DNA from: Ascidiella aspersa
Lineage: Eukaryota
NCBI GenBank assembly: GCA_963924565.1
Contig: OZ004615.1
Coordinates: 19,468,001-19,532,000, forward strand
Direction: 5' to 3'
Length of the DNA: 64,000 nucleotides
The translations under genes and the position numbers were made by a program. The notes under the pieces are model-generated. The model saw only the letters and a program-made list of their open reading frames with translations. It searched no databases and had not been told where the DNA came from. Of this stretch, positions 38,601 through 52,088 are shown in pieces. How positions within the stretch are numbered: position 1 is the stretch's first letter; each line of letters opens with the position of its first letter.

Positions 38601-41600
38601 GGATTTCTCGGTTGAAAATGAACCGTGATGTTCTTCCCAACTCTTCGTCGTATTTCCTCTCGGCGACAAAGTGCTTTATCTCGTTGCGAAGTTCGTTGAG
38701 TTGCTGGTGGCTCATGGAGGCGGCGCGATCCGTCTGTCGCTTTAGTTCGTGAGCTTGTGTCTCTCGTTTTTCCATGAGGCTGACTGCAAAGAGGTCAAGC
38801 GCTTAGTCGATGTTTGTAAATACCAGTGTTATAATGAGTTTGACTTGACTTTAGCGCACTTGAACTTAGCTGAAGTCTTTTGGACAAGGGTTGAAACGAA
38901 AAGTTTTGTTAAGCATTATTTTTTGTAAAATTGGGTTATTTATCTTAAGTTATGCAGATAAAACAGTTTGCTTGCTTTATGTCGCATTTTTGTCATTTTT
39001 TAGTTGAGGTACTGTTCATAATCAAAAGAGTTTACCTGTTCATTTTTATGACAAGGATTTAACTTGAAACTGACTCGCTCTAACTATAAATGGACTGGAC
39101 TTGTTATTTATTTAAAAAAACTCCATTTTGACAAAGGTTCTTTTACAAACGACTTAACTGGGACTTACGTCATTCATTTTATAAAAAATAACAGTGTTTG
39201 TAATAAAGAAAATGTGATATTTATTCCAATTGCGTGATTTTCTAGTATAGTTTAATTACTCTACTCTTAAGTGGATTCTTACATGCTTCTGTTTTCATTT
39301 CATCCAGTTTCCTTATTAATTCAACTTCCCTGTCAATCAAGGCAGTGTTCAAGTCTTCAAAAGTCTAAAAGAAATCAGAAAACCCTTTCAAGCAACACAA
39401 AAGAATGTAAAAATCCTATTTAAGGTCGAAACTGTGAAGTTAGTTTAAAAGCCGCAAAACCTATTTTTAAATTATAATTAGTGTTTTAAAAATAAAATAA
39501 TTTGTGTTTTAAAGTTTCAGATGGAAAACCCAATTTAGTTAAATGAGTGTGGTAGCATTTGTAAATTTATCTACTTTAGGCCTACAAAACGATTTTGTTG
39601 ATAAAAAAAGTATTTTACTTGTTTAATCCTTTTGTATGAATCTTGTATTTCGTCGTTGAGTAAGGTTTTGTACCTTCCAAACGACACAGAGCAACGCTGC
39701 AAGTCTTTCACAGCCTTTTCGATACCTGGAAAACAAGAAGCAGGTTGCCCTTGTGTACGAAATCTTATTTGAGTAGTGTGCTTAAGTGGAAATAACCTAC
39801 AATCACCTATGAATTGTATGGCTGTTTTCCTTTGAACCAGCGTTGCCCAATCTAGGGTCCGTACAGCAGTTTCAGAGTGTCCGAAATGAGAAAATAGTCT
39901 TTAAGTTTTAAGCATTAGGCTTTAGCGAATGTTTTTTAACATTAGACTATGTTTTCAACATTATCTATCATCATTATTGGTCGTTAGTTATGCTTTATTG
40001 TTCGATAAAATAGCGCGTTTTATGATGTCTATTGTGACATCATAAAGCATATATCATGCTGTATTACGGTACCTGCTTTTAGTGAATCGTTTGCATTAGT
40101 CATAAAGTTGTCACATTAGAAAAAGTAGTGACTGTGTACTACAAGAAACATGGGTCAACTGACCCTTGGAATTTATAGGGCCGCGAAATATCAAAAAAAT
40201 TGCAAAAGGTTCACCAGGCAATTTTTTTAGATTAGTTTGGGAACCGCTGCTTTAAACGTTTGACTTCAAAACCTTGTGTAAATGGGTTACACATGTTTTA
40301 GACTGGGTGGCTGTATAGTTCTTAAGCAGTAACTTGTAATACTGGAATTGCCTTACTACAGATGTGTGTCACATATAAATATAGCATCAAACAGTCAGTA
40401 CCAGCTCCTACGTGGACATATTCATGAATCACATAGCCTGTGGCAAAATGCAAGAATATTGTGTGAGTGCTATCTGCAAAATCATACATGTTCATTTTCT
40501 TGGAAAATTATTTTCGTTGTAGCACACATTTTTGTGCAATAAAAACTTGGGGTAGAAAGGTTGGCAAAACATTTTTCACAGGAGTCATTCTAAAAAGTGA
40601 GTGCAGCATTTAGTTAAACAGAAAGACAAATGAAATGTCATGTCATGCTTTCAAAACGTTTGCTAAATGTCAGTCACTACTTACTCATTTATGATGCATG
40701 TAAAATAATTATAAATAGCTATGGCAACTGTGTAACAGTAAGGTGAAAGTTCACGCTTTACATTAATTAATCATTGATATCTACCACCCCACTGGTATTG
40801 TAAGGCCTTTATCAACATACTAAAGCAAATTCCTAATGACAATATGCTATTTCTATATTAACTGAAATGCATACTTACTTTTTTTATTGGCATGAATTTG
40901 GGCATTTGCACTATGATCGATCTGCAAGTGGAAATATTATTGGTTTAACAGAAGTTATTAATATGACCAATTTAAAAAATTTTTTTACACGACAATGTAT
41001 GGTATAATAACAGATTATTTTGAATAAAACCCAATGATATTTAGACCTATTAAGCAGCATTTTGTCTAATTTAGGGCCAAAAATAAACAAGTGAGCATAA
41101 TAAATTACAAATTTATTCAATGTTTTTGAATATTAATCACCTGAACTTGACTGGATTGCACATTGGTGTCAGCTTGATTACCTAAAGTTTACAAAAAAAA
41201 ATTGTAAAATGGTCACAACATTTATCACCAAACATAGCAATGTTAGCATACAAAAATTTGACAACTGAAATTCACAAAACTTTGCTTTATTAATGAGTTA
41301 CAATTGCTCTTACAAGAATTCAGCAACACAAGTTTTTCTAATTAAGGAATATTGTCACTTAGCTGTTATTTTTTTGGTGCATTTTTTTATTGAATATAAC
41401 TAGTTAATAAAAATATAAATCAAAATGACTAGAATAAGTTAATTGTATAAGAAAAAATATATATAAGAAATAAGTAGGTATCACTTTCACTGTTTCAAAC
41501 AACTCTCTATTCATTTTGAACATCTTATTCATTTGGAGTTTTCAAAATAATACATATTTCTGTAATGGCTTTTATGTGCTTATTACATCTAGTGTTGTTT

Positions 41601-43008
41601 AATATTCAGAAATATCACCGACCTTGCGATGCCAGATGGCTCGGCGGATGCTGTTTGTGTTTCTTCTTGTTAACGGAGCGAGTGCTTGTTTCCGATGAGG
41701 TTCGCGATCGCCTGCCACTATGGTAGAGGTTATGTTGCTGCTTTATCGCCTTGGCAACCTCTGCGGAATCAACGTGGTGCTCTGTGCCATTTACCATTGG
41801 CGTTTTTTCTCGGCTTTCTTGCTCCGCAGATGGAGGAGTTACAAGGCCAGAAACGTGATTTGCAGTGGTTGGGGGTGCTGTGTAATTGCTTGGTGCTCTA
41901 CTGTCCGTCAGCATGTGTTTTAGAGCTGCCGCAGCGGTGGTTGATGACTTGGTCGCTGCAGCGTTGTAAGCTTCGTCTGTGCCATTCTTTTCTGACGGAA
42001 TGTCTTCAGTTCCATTCTTTGAAAGAAGGTTAAGTTACGGTACAAGTAAAATTGGAAGCTTGGAATTAACTTTTTTGTTTTATGGAATCAAAACAAAACA
42101 GATTTTACAATATTCTCTGGAAAGCCCTAGGTTTTCTTGGAAAAGCTCATCAAAATCAGTTAAACTTCTGAAAGGTATTGGTACAACCATATAAAAGTTA
42201 CTAAATAAATTAACTTTATTTTTTTATATATTTAGGTTGAGGAAGAGGGGGGGGGGGGGCTAAAACCAACAAACCTAAAAATACTCAGAACTAGCATATC
42301 CAACTGTTTTCAAACTGTCTCCTTGACAGGCTTTTTTCTGGCTTTAAAATAAATATTGAAAGTGACAGAAACTTACAGTTAGTTGTTCTGGTTTATGATT
42401 GGCAGCATCGACAGCCAGTTCTGCAGCTTGAGCTTGTTTTGCCTTCTTCAGGGCAGCTTTCTTTTTGCGCTTTTTGGCACTGTTTTTGGACTTGACGGGT
42501 CCCGCATGTTTCCATTCTGTAAGGATGTGATCGGCACGACCTGGAAAATTACAATTACAATAGATAATTTTAAAATGATACACTTGATAATCCTAGCATA
42601 AGTTTACGTGCTTTATACCAAATGATTAATACCTAAAACTTAACAGTAAATTCAATACAGTTATAGTTGCACTTCTAGGGCATTTCTATTAAAGACTTTA
42701 GAAAGCAAATAATGCAAATTAAACTTTACCTTCAACAAAGTCAGAAATGGTTTTATCAATATCCTCATCGTGATGTTGAAGGACAAGAACAATTTCATCG
42801 TTGCTGCGGTCTGTCACCACAGTCCGAACTGCATTTATCTGTAAGGAAAAACAAAATGCTTTAAAAATAAAATAAAATGTTAAAAAATAGCGTACGGCTG
42901 TAATCACTGAAATATAACAAGAGTAATTTTTTTATGTAACTTTCATAGGTAATCTATATCAGTATTACTTGCATAGCTTACCTTCTCTTTAACAGATGTC
43001 ATTTTCAT
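29604..43008 (-). CDS. SPATS2: SPATS2/SPATS2L-like protein (DUF1387), about 727 aa; complement(join(29604-29627,30911-31360,32965-33013,34234-34328,35114-35187,36824-37135,38571-38783,39283-39364,39619-39725,40879-40921,41141-41181,41623-42016,42377-42540,42730-42838,42982-43008))
   Basis: N-terminus MKMTSVKEKINAVRTVVTDRSNDEIVLVLQHHDEDIDKTISDFVEG..ILTEW..KKRKKK and core IEKAVKDLQRCSVS..DREVEL..ELRNEIKHFVAERKYDEELGR..KNSYS match the SPATS2 family. The 2184 nt join in frame with consistent phases, and there is an in-frame stop upstream of the ATG. The small and low-complexity exons rest on splice signals and phase only. Confidence 0.9.
30454..30769. mobile_element. hAT Buster/Charlie-type MITE
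   Basis: cagtggttctcaac/gggaaccgctg; perfect TSD ggctagac. Confidence 0.88.
30911..31360 (-). CDS. SPATS2: SPATS2-like RGG-rich exon
   Basis: GC-rich 150-codon open exon; cctgcag| ... |gtaaga. Confidence 0.85.
32965..33013 (-). CDS. SPATS2: SPATS2-like small exon (SQRRGRNNKYSTSSDK)
   Basis: gctcag| ... |gttggt; phase 2 to 0, needed to restore the frame. Confidence 0.68.
34234..34328 (-). CDS. SPATS2: SPATS2-like exon (ESPASWASSTP...KPQR)
   Basis: tctacag| ... |gtgagt; phase 0 to 2. Confidence 0.75.
35114..35187 (-). CDS. SPATS2: SPATS2-like exon (KDLALTTNGHVENWAEE...)
   Basis: ttcgcag| ... |gtaagt; phase 1 to 0. Confidence 0.75.
36824..37135 (-). CDS. SPATS2: SPATS2-like exon (KNSYS.. then Pro/Ala/Ser-rich)
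   Basis: ttaacag| ... |gtaagt; phase 1 to 1. Confidence 0.87.
37528..37855. mobile_element. hAT-type MITE
   Basis: cagtgcttcccaacc/ggttgggaaacacta; TSD ggttaagg/gtttaagg. Confidence 0.82.
38231..38544. mobile_element. hAT-type MITE
   Basis: caggggcgggcaacc/ggttgcccgtaccccta; TSD atcttagc/atctaaac. Confidence 0.78.
38571..38783 (-). CDS. SPATS2: SPATS2-like exon (IKHFVAERKYDEELGR)
   Basis: DUF1387 core; phase 1 to 1. Confidence 0.94.
38824..39196. mobile_element. Family D MITE, degenerate
   Basis: cagtgttataa start and gactt arrays; right end approximate. Confidence 0.62.
39283..39364 (-). CDS. SPATS2: SPATS2-like exon (TFEDLNTALIDREVEL...)
   Basis: DUF1387 core; phase 0 to 1. Confidence 0.9.
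39619..39725 (-). CDS. SPATS2: SPATS2-like exon (IEKAVKDLQRCSVS...)
   Basis: DUF1387 core; phase 1 to 0. Confidence 0.93.
39838..40249. mobile_element. hAT-type MITE
   Basis: cagcgttgcccaa/ttgggaaccgctg; TSD ctttgaac/ctttaaac. Confidence 0.78.
40879..40921 (-). CDS. SPATS2: SPATS2-like small exon (IDHSANAQIHANKK)
   Basis: cttgcag| ... |gtaagt; phase 0 to 1. Confidence 0.65.
41141..41181 (-). CDS. SPATS2: SPATS2-like small exon (GNQADTNVQSSQVQ)
   Basis: ctttag| ... |gtgatt; phase 1 to 0. Confidence 0.6.
41623..42016 (-). CDS. SPATS2: SPATS2-like low-complexity exon
   Basis: Open frame containing ORF 41615-41914; phase 0 to 1. Confidence 0.8.
42377..42540 (-). CDS. SPATS2: SPATS2-like exon (ILTEW..KKRKKK basic patch)
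   Basis: ttccag| ... |gtaagt; phase 1 to 0. Confidence 0.9.
42730..42838 (-). CDS. SPATS2: SPATS2-like exon (INAVRTVV...FVEG)
   Basis: Family-conserved sequence; phase 0 to 1. Confidence 0.93.
42982..43008 (-). CDS. SPATS2: SPATS2-like first coding exon (MKMTSVKEK)
   Basis: ATG at 43008 (alternative 43002); donor gtaagc; exon acceptor at 43070-43071. Confidence 0.82.
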
Positions 43009-46000
43009 TAAAATCAAAGTATGTGCTGAATATTAAATAAATTTCTTGCCTAAAATTGTTAAAAAAATCCTGAAATAAAGTACAATAGAGTAAGTCAAAC
43101 TTCATTAAGAACTACATACTTTCTTTCAAGTCTAAAAATTAAAGTTAGTTTTCGCGTAACATTGCATACCACATCAAGAACCTGACAATGAGTTCAATGA
43201 AAAGAAATATTTTTATATGAGATTAAGGCACTTGAATTCAGTGGGGCATAAACAACGGCATTAGTGGAAGGTGCCTACACCCAGATAAACAAAGGGGAAA
43301 AACAATAGGCACGGTCCCTGGCGGATCGCCAGGTGCTCAACAAAATATTGTTATGTCGGTATGACAACTATTGAGTGTAAAAACACACAAAAAATAATCT
43401 TACTTCTTTGTTTAACTAATGAAACATTTCGAAGTTTGATTGGTAAAATAACAAGCTGTAAAGAAAGAGACTATCAGTCATTTTGTGTTTATAATTAATT
43501 ACTACACTTCCACTTAAAGTGATTAGGTAATAAATCTTTGTGTATGTTCTGACAAATTTGGCATTGCAACATTTGAAGTAAATTACCTGTTTCAATGATT
43601 AAAAATTAGCAGGATTAAAAAAACACATCTTAAGAATCCATTATTTATTCTTAAGTATTTTAGAAACTTTCTAACATTGTTGTGATAAGCAATTGAACTA
43701 AAAATGCAAAATAGGACCAAAAATCGTAGTAACTTTTTGATTTATAACATATGCAATGTCCAAATTATATGTAATTTGCAATATAAAACCATATTTCCAT
43801 TGGTTTTCAAAATATTTCCAATAAATACTGTTGCAAATGTAATCTTTTTCTGTTTTTCTTTCTGACATTTCATAGATTCAAACTTTAAGCAACATAATTA
43901 AATAACAGACAATTAGATTTGTAAACCTTTCTAAAACTGTGCTACCTAAGACTGATGATAAGCAGAACCATTTGTTTTGATGGTTGAACTGTAACTAGGA
44001 GTAGACTTTGCACTGAAGAAAATTCACATGTTGCTTGCCTGCTGGGCAGCCTAGTTGCTGATACTGTTATTTTTGTAAATAGGATTTGTTGCACTACTTA
44101 GCATTGACCACTAAAAGAAGTGCAAACCTATATGTTGCATAACATTGCTGTTGTATACCACATAACTGTAAATTTGCTGATTCCAACAAGGTTTGAAAAG
44201 ATAAAGCCTTAAGTTGTATTGTTAACATACAACTTGGTACACAATATTTTCCATAATATGTCAAATAAGCAAAAACTCTCTAAGTTTCACATAAAAAACT
44301 GGCCTGGCACAAAAAGCAGTTGGTCCATACAATGCCGCTTCTTAAAAAATGCTGAACATACCTGACCAGGTAGACAGGCACCTGTTGTTATCAGCTTTCG
44401 GGGCGTATGTACACAAACTACACCACGAAGTTTTAGTTTAAACTTTGGGCAGACTTGCCGGAGTACACGTTAATAGGTTAGTAATCGAACAAGGGGCACT
44501 AGAGCTGTGCAAACACTGGGAGATGGTCACTTCCTATTTGAAAAAAGGAGGCAGAATTGCGTTGCATAACATGGCAAATTTTGAGTAAACAAAAATAGTT
44601 GTACACAACACATATCAAACACAGTTATATAAATGTAATAACTATGGAAGCTTTACCATATTAATTAGATTACTGAAGTTGTGAAATCTAGTAAATACTA
44701 ATCAAGACAGAGTATAAACATTCCAAAATAAACTGAATTACAATTTTCTCCAAAAATATATTGTTTTGAAAATTTAGAACTTAATATCAATAAAGTTACG
44801 CTAAGACTTGGGATAAATATTTTGATTTGTTTGTTTCAAATCTGTACTCAAAAAAATTTAAAGTTTAATAAGTTTGAGCAAATATAAATATTTAAACAAA
44901 TATATAAACAAAATCCTAAAAAGTCAACATATATATATACTAACTTGGTTTACCATGCTGTGACAGTCCTCCCAAAACTTAGAGCAATAATTCACCTTTA
45001 AAATTGAGTCTAACAATAAAATAGGAGCATAATAAATGCAGAAAAACGACCTCACTTAACTACAAAGCGGTTAAAACAATGACAACAAACCGCAACATTA
45101 GGCAGAAGCAGGAAAAATCAAGTTCAGGTATTGCACAGAGACATCATTGCTACAGTGCTGTCATCGTCAGTAGCACACATGTACAAAGTAACGATTGATC
45201 GTTGAAAACCGGAAAACTGCCCGTACCAGGATGTGATTGAACAAGCTGTGTATGAAGTGTAGTGCTCTCTATAACATCGCACTTCACAGCAGACAAAAAC
45301 ATAAAGCAGAGGGAGCACCATTACTTCAATTTGACAGATGGCAAAACTTGGCATGTGTGGTTTGATGAATAGTGGGATTGATCGCGATTGCTCAGTTATA
45401 CAAATAGAGCAGGTAAAAGGAAGCACATTATAATTTGTGAATTCTGTACGATTTCCAGACCAAACATCATAAAATAAAGGTTCAGCAAATATTAAAGTTA
45501 AATGTTCATATCAAAAACTTTTTTGTATGTCCACTAAGTTAAAAAACACATTGCTCCTCATATTTATACACCTGGAAAGTCATTATTAACTGTTATGAGG
45601 GAAGACAGATCACTTGCTATCCTTTCTATCAGTTGCCAGAAAATAAGAAACAACACGGTCAAACAAAGTATACTTTCTTACTTTTATTATTGTGTTCTAT
45701 CTTGGATATTGTTGCTATTAAGATTTAGGACCACAAACCGAGTTTGTGAAAATATATTAAAAGAGAAAATTACCTCCCATGATTCCTAATTTTATATTAG
45801 ATTCAGATAAATTACCAAATTTTTATAGCTGTTACTTACCAAACACCTACTCAAAACAGTAGTTACACTTGCCCAACATCATTTGCGTCATTCAATGATT
45901 ATCGTTCACCCACTGAAAAGGATTAACTACATCAGAGTTTTTCCTGACCTTTGTGTTCTTTTATGCCACTTGGGCATTCTGAAAGGTCACCATCCACAGT

Positions 46001-46882
46001 CCAAATAAAGCTTTAAAGTCATCAGAAGCAATTGTTACAGAGCAAAAAAAATTAAATTTCAACAGAAAGGTTGGCTTTTTAAAATATAATGTTTCACCAG
46101 AAAGTTATTTCTAAAGAGGCTTAATTCTTAACACAATTGTCACTAATTTACAAGGGATTAATGCCTTAAACTGCACAAAACATGACACTTTATGGCTATT
46201 TGGCGCCACTGGTAGCTCTTTAAATACCATAACTAGGCGAATTAAGCTGGAAAATAAATTACTTATTTACTTATATCAACATTTATGTTAACAAAATGTT
46301 TTTTTAAATGCTTTCACACCTGGCTGCCTAACAATGGACAACAATTATGGCATAAGGTATCCTTTGATGACATAGGTATATAGTACATAAGATTTTAGAA
46401 AAGTGTTGAACAAAGTACATAGATTCAGTCTGGTTTGAACCTAATAAGCCCAAAAGTTTGTCTTATAATAGCCAATACATTTAAGGTGTTACAGAAATAC
46501 TGCTCTTTCACAGGTGTCAGGCAACACAGGTTAATTGTGTCAATATATATTAAGCAATGGACAAAATGGGACAGTGCTGAGGAACAAGGAAAAAGGACGT
46601 TTAAGAACTTTTAGGAATACTGAATCTTTTCACGTACTGTTGTTTAGGTTGACACTATCCAAAAAAACATTTAACATTCAAACATAAAATTGGAATCAAA
46701 CTCTTTCCCGGGTTATTAACCTGTAGTACAATGTGCAAGTGATAGAAATCTTGTCAACAGTAGAAATATTGAAAGTTAGGTGCCAACAGTTTTGATTCAA
46801 TATTGATAACTAGGATTTGCTTTTTCAAATGCTTCACAGATATTTGCATAAATCTGTGTGTGACAAATTTTATCGTTTAGAT

Positions 46883-47283
46883 TAGGACTTTCTAAACTAG
46901 GGGCGCGTAACTAATTAAATGGATCCCGAAACAAAATTTACACAATATAGGTACACCAATGTACTTCTTATCAACAGTAATTTCAAAATTTCAAAACGCA
47001 ATTCTAACAATTGTTGTAATTTATATTATTGTTAACCAAGCTGTAGGATTTACGAAGGCTGGCCTACCCCTAGTCTTAAATAGTGGGACTTTGTTAAAGT
47101 CTGGCTACATGTAAAATCACAAGTTTAGAATTTCGGTAGCTTGTTTTAGTTTTGGTTCAAATTAAGCTTTTCAATAAATATCACAAATAAATATTTTGGG
47201 CTTTGTATCAATTTATCCATGAGGGTTGCGGAAAATTTGTGACAATAAAAGGGGTTGCAAGCAAAAAAGTTTGGGAAGCCCTG
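46883..47283. mobile_element. Degenerate hAT-type MITE
   Basis: taggactttctaaact / agtttgggaagccctg. Confidence 0.55.
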
Positions 47284-48679
47284 CTTTAGTCAATACAAAC
47301 ATCCACAATGTTGTGTGTGTTCGGCAAATAAAATATGGTATTTGGCAGAAGGCTTATAATAGTTTAATATCCACCAAAATTTAACATCTCAAAGAACTTA
47401 AAATAATAACAAGCTATGTAAAAACTTACATAAAATGCACACACTTTCTGCACAACCAAAGTATAAGCAAGCAAGATGATGAGTTTAGTACAGAAAATGT
47501 TATCAATAAATACACAAAATTGGTGGCTTAGAAAACCAAAGACTTTTTTACCTGTTATGAAATATCAGTAAGGTTTCCAACCACAATAAACACACAACCC
47601 TATAAGTGGTTAGATGCACCCGCAATATTTTTCACAGACTAAATCTTCACCCCAAAAATATGAAAATGCACCCGATTTTCTTATATGTTATAGTAGCAGG
47701 GAGCAAATTTGACCTTGCAGTTAAAACAGGTAACGCGATTTTTTAGACCGTGCACTCGCGAGATCTCATCGGTACCTGCCATACTGTCCAGACAGGCCAG
47801 TGGGGATGCAGGATTTATTTTAAGCTGAGAAAAATCAAAAAAAAAAATTTGATGAATCTATGTCAAAACAAAGCTACCTTATAAAATTTGTCCTAAAACC
47901 GCCTTTCCTAAACTGCAGAAGTGAAAAAAATGCATATATACATATATATGGTTTGAATCGTCAAAACTGTTGTTTTGAAAGGCAAACCAGAATCTACTAT
48001 TGCTTAATATAATGTCATTACTTGACCAATATAACAAAAAATTGCATTCTGTAGATTTTAAGACAAAACGCAAACAGTAAAGAGTTCATAAACACACACA
48101 GTAAGAGGTCACACAAACAGGAAAAAATCATAATTACATCGTCAACATTGGCAAAAAATCAAGTCTGGTGGCCTTCAACCTTCTTCACATTTCTATACGA
48201 AAAGGTTCTGCAAACAAACTGACTTCATCCCACAGCTGGCTCTAATCCTACAAATCTCAAATCCTATATAAGCTGTGTGCGAAAACTAAAAAAGTGTGGA
48301 GAACCTTCCCAATTTATAGGTTTACACATGTACAACTTTGACATAAAAACCTGAAATTGCACAAATAAATGCTAACTAACATTTATCAACCTATAGAAAT
48401 GAGTTAAATTTACATACGCCAAACTACTAATTGAACTGATGTATAACAACTAATTTTAAAAGATAAATGACAAAAATTCACTTACAGTACCTAATCCGCA
48501 ATTAAGTTTGTTAATAAATATGCTGATGCTAGCTCAGGCAACGGTTCAACAACTTATAATTTTTATTTTTTTATTTTTTAGCTTTTTAATTTAAACCTAT
48601 ATAAGCCTACTTTCATTCCAATACAGCAAAAGTTAGTGGAGGCTGTGGCAGGATTTAACAATACTGTAATGCATTTTGT

Positions 48680-50100
48680 TGCGAAGTGAGCGCCTTTATG
48701 CTTTTCAGCATTCCACTCCCGAACTGTATTCGGTTACCCCGAGCCGCGCGCAAAAGTTAGGAAACCAAATTACAAGTTTTGCTACAATCAGTATATTTGG
48801 AACTGCAAAACGTCTGCAACACGAAATGACTCGAGTGTGACGTTTCGGATGACACGTGCGTAATAACATTCACAGGTTTTCTTGATTCGCGAAATTTCGA
48901 GAAATAAAACAAGTGCGGATTGATTGCTGTTGCTCTTACTAAATAAAGAATCGACTTTTAAAAGGGAAAGTATTTGATATGCAGATATTTCCCAGCCCAA
49001 ACCTTTTTTTTACTTGTAATGTAAACATTGGTAGTACAACTTTCCTCGTTGTATTGTATTCCGATTGCCACATCTAAAAGCCCCAATGGAATGTCATAGT
49101 TGTCATAACTCGACTACAAACAAGGCACACTTATAAAGCATCTAATCTGCTTTTTTTTTGCATCTAGTATTTGCGTTGTACCATAAATCGTCATAAACCA
49201 ACGCGTGACTAAAAACTTGCAAAAGAAAAACAAACGTGAAATATTGGGAAGGGATGTCTGGTGCTTTTGGTACCGAGCCGGTGCCTGTCGGTAAGTGGGT
49301 AGTATTCCAATACGAGGATGTCAACGGCGTCGATCTGATACCGAAGTAGTATATGCGAATTGCGATTCCATGCTTTTTTTATTTTATCTTGAACGAGAGA
49401 TTGAATTTTCAGAAATAACCCGTTTATGCCTCCATTTGACCAAATTAACATTGTTTAACATATTAAAGACGCCAGTTGTTGTTGGATTGAACTGGTGTGC
49501 TATTCAGACAAAGAATTCGTGATAGAAAGATGATACAAGTATCGACATTCCTAAATTTAATCAAAGGTTTTAAGTGTAAAATATATTCAGTTGAATCGGT
49601 TTTAAAAACTGACTGAATCTGTTTTGTGGAGGCTACACTTAATGGAGGTAAGACCCTTTTAAGGCTTATTGAAAATTGTAATTGATCAAAAACTGAAAAA
49701 TAGCACAACCTTCCTTTTAATGACTTTTACCAATTAGGCCTAAGACAGTCAATGGTATGGAATTTTTATACATAAAACTTTTTAGAGATGACGTTACAAA
49801 GTTACGTCAAAAGAGTAGGCCTACATCACACAGTTACATCTAAAAGTGATGTTCTTACCTTATCAATTTCTTTTTTACTGAAGTTTGAAGTTTGAGAGGT
49901 GTTTTAGCGATACAAAAGCTACATAACAAATATGTTATCGATTCGCGCAGATAAAAACTTCTTAATGTTGTTTAAAAAAGCTAAAAGGTCGGGGAAACGG
50001 CGTTCCGGTAAAACAGGTAGGCAACGCCGTACTAGCAAAAAAAAGGCATTTCTGTATTTAAAATAGGCAAAAAGTTCAGTTTAGTTGGGGGGACTGGTAT
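48680..50100 (-). promoter_or_regulatory. Candidate SPATS2-like promoter / first non-coding exon region
   Basis: CpG reappears abruptly at about 48680; donor AAG|gtaaga at 49859; ETS-like ccggaa at about 50003; CRE-like half sites at about 49789-49809. Confidence 0.35.
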
Positions 50101-52088
50101 AGGTTACGTTTCTGCACCCCTTAGATGCGCCCCTTTTCTGAGATACCATTATGTTTACTCATTCCATTTTATGGTAGTAAAAAAACTTTCTTTTCTTTTT
50201 TCTACGCATTTCAATTTCATTGTGTTTTGTCGTTATTTCAAAAGCTACACTTGCTGAGCGTAAGTCTATTTGCAATAACAAAATTGAGCCTCGCGGATCG
50301 CCAATCAAATACCGATTTTACCGTTTGTTCTTATTCAGTCTGCTCTGCTTGTTAACCATTGAGATATTTTGCTACAATTCAAACTGATAAGCGTGCTGGG
50401 TCGTTTCAATAGAATTAGCCTAAGATGGAAGGGTTGAACAGCCAGTATCGTTCTTGTTTACACGACCACTTCGTTTAGTGCCGGCCTCTCCAGGTTCGAC
50501 AATGCCTTTGTTCGTTTTCCACTCGTTGGTCAGTTTCTGTGCAACTTCAAAAAGACAAAGGACTTTTCTTTTGACTGACACCAAAAGAGAGCTTTCAAAA
50601 GTTTTAAACTGCACGACCTTTCGACTGTGATTAACAGGGCGCTTTCATTTTCGTTATGCGCTTACGTATAACTCAGGGGGGTTGCGCCTATTTTTACATA
50701 AAAACATATGCAATTTATGTAGATTTACTACTCGTGAACGCTATAATTGCCTGACCTCCCAAGTTTGCAAACTTCTGCAACTAAACAATGGTTCTTATAG
50801 CCGCCGTTTCGCGGTCGGGTGCCCGTTCGCAAAAAAATATTTGCCGATCCGTCAAAATGTTCGAAAACAACTAATCCATAAAATTTAGAAGTTTGTAGGG
50901 AGATTTGGCTGTCCACCAGAAAAATGTTCCTTGTTTGTTATAGGCCTACCTTACCTTCCTCTAGTCTAGGATTAGGCTATGCCTAAATATATTTTCCCTA
51001 AAATGTCCGATTTTCTTACTAAAACGAACTTCAGCCATAGGACCAAAATTAGAATAACCTCAACGCCAGAATAAATCACAGCTCCAAAAAATACATAAAT
51101 AGGTTAATAACTAATTAGTTGTCGAAATGAGATCTAAATCGGAATAAGACCTAAACCCGTCGAAATAACCTTTTACCTAACCCAAACCACACCCCTTATA
51201 GCTTTATAACTGAATCCCCTAATAATTTCGCTCTAACTCAATTCCTAACCCCACCAATAATCCCTATTTTCCCAAACAGGGAAAACAATCCGGTGCCAAA
51301 ACAGCGGGAGCCCGAAACGTTAACACCAAAACGGCCAAAGCCAGATAGGTGTCCCCAATGGTCCCACATCCTCTCTTCAAAAGTCTAGGACTTCGGAGCT
51401 GTTTTGTTTATTTATGACTTATTGCGACATGTTTTAGATCTTTTTCTGTCATGTGGCTTTATTATGTCGCAGGTCTTAATGCTATGGTATTATAGGTTAA
51501 TCTGATTTAAAAAAATGGTTTGTTTAGCTTTTACTCTGTGTTCCCACCAGAACCTAGAGTAACACTATATAATAGGTTACCAGTGGTGGGATTAAAATCG
51601 CGATGCGAGAAGAAAAGCGTAATCAAAATTGGCAAGAGATTCGCATATTTCTCGATATAACAAACATTTATACAGAAATTGAACTGTATAAAGTCTGTGA
51701 GTCAAAGGCGCAACATTCCAAAGTATGCATATCGCCTTTGAACTGAATAAATCTTATTTTAATGAAGCAACATAGTACAAACAGATAACAGTTCGCGCCA
51801 AGGCGGCTTTCGGCTGAATAAAAAAAATCTTAATCCTCGTTCGAGCATAAAAACACAAATAGTTTAGTTAGTAATTATATAAGCTTCACTGCACGCGGAT
51901 TATCTTCTTTGGTAAAAACTACAACTGGTAACCCTATGTTAAATGATTATATTGGGTTAATTAGGTGTTCTCTGAGGAAGTTTGCCTGGAACCGGTTCTG
52001 CGAACTTTTTACTTTGAGTAAGCGGTACGCGCGAACCGGTACCAACCGCATGAATCCCACAGCAGTTCGTAACCTGTATACTTCATAC

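Noticed and set aside
51140-51270. Telomere-like cctaacc repeats (also at about 5660-5780 on the opposite strand)
   Set aside because: Scattered and degenerate; more likely the interior of an unclassified non-autonomous element than an interstitial telomere.
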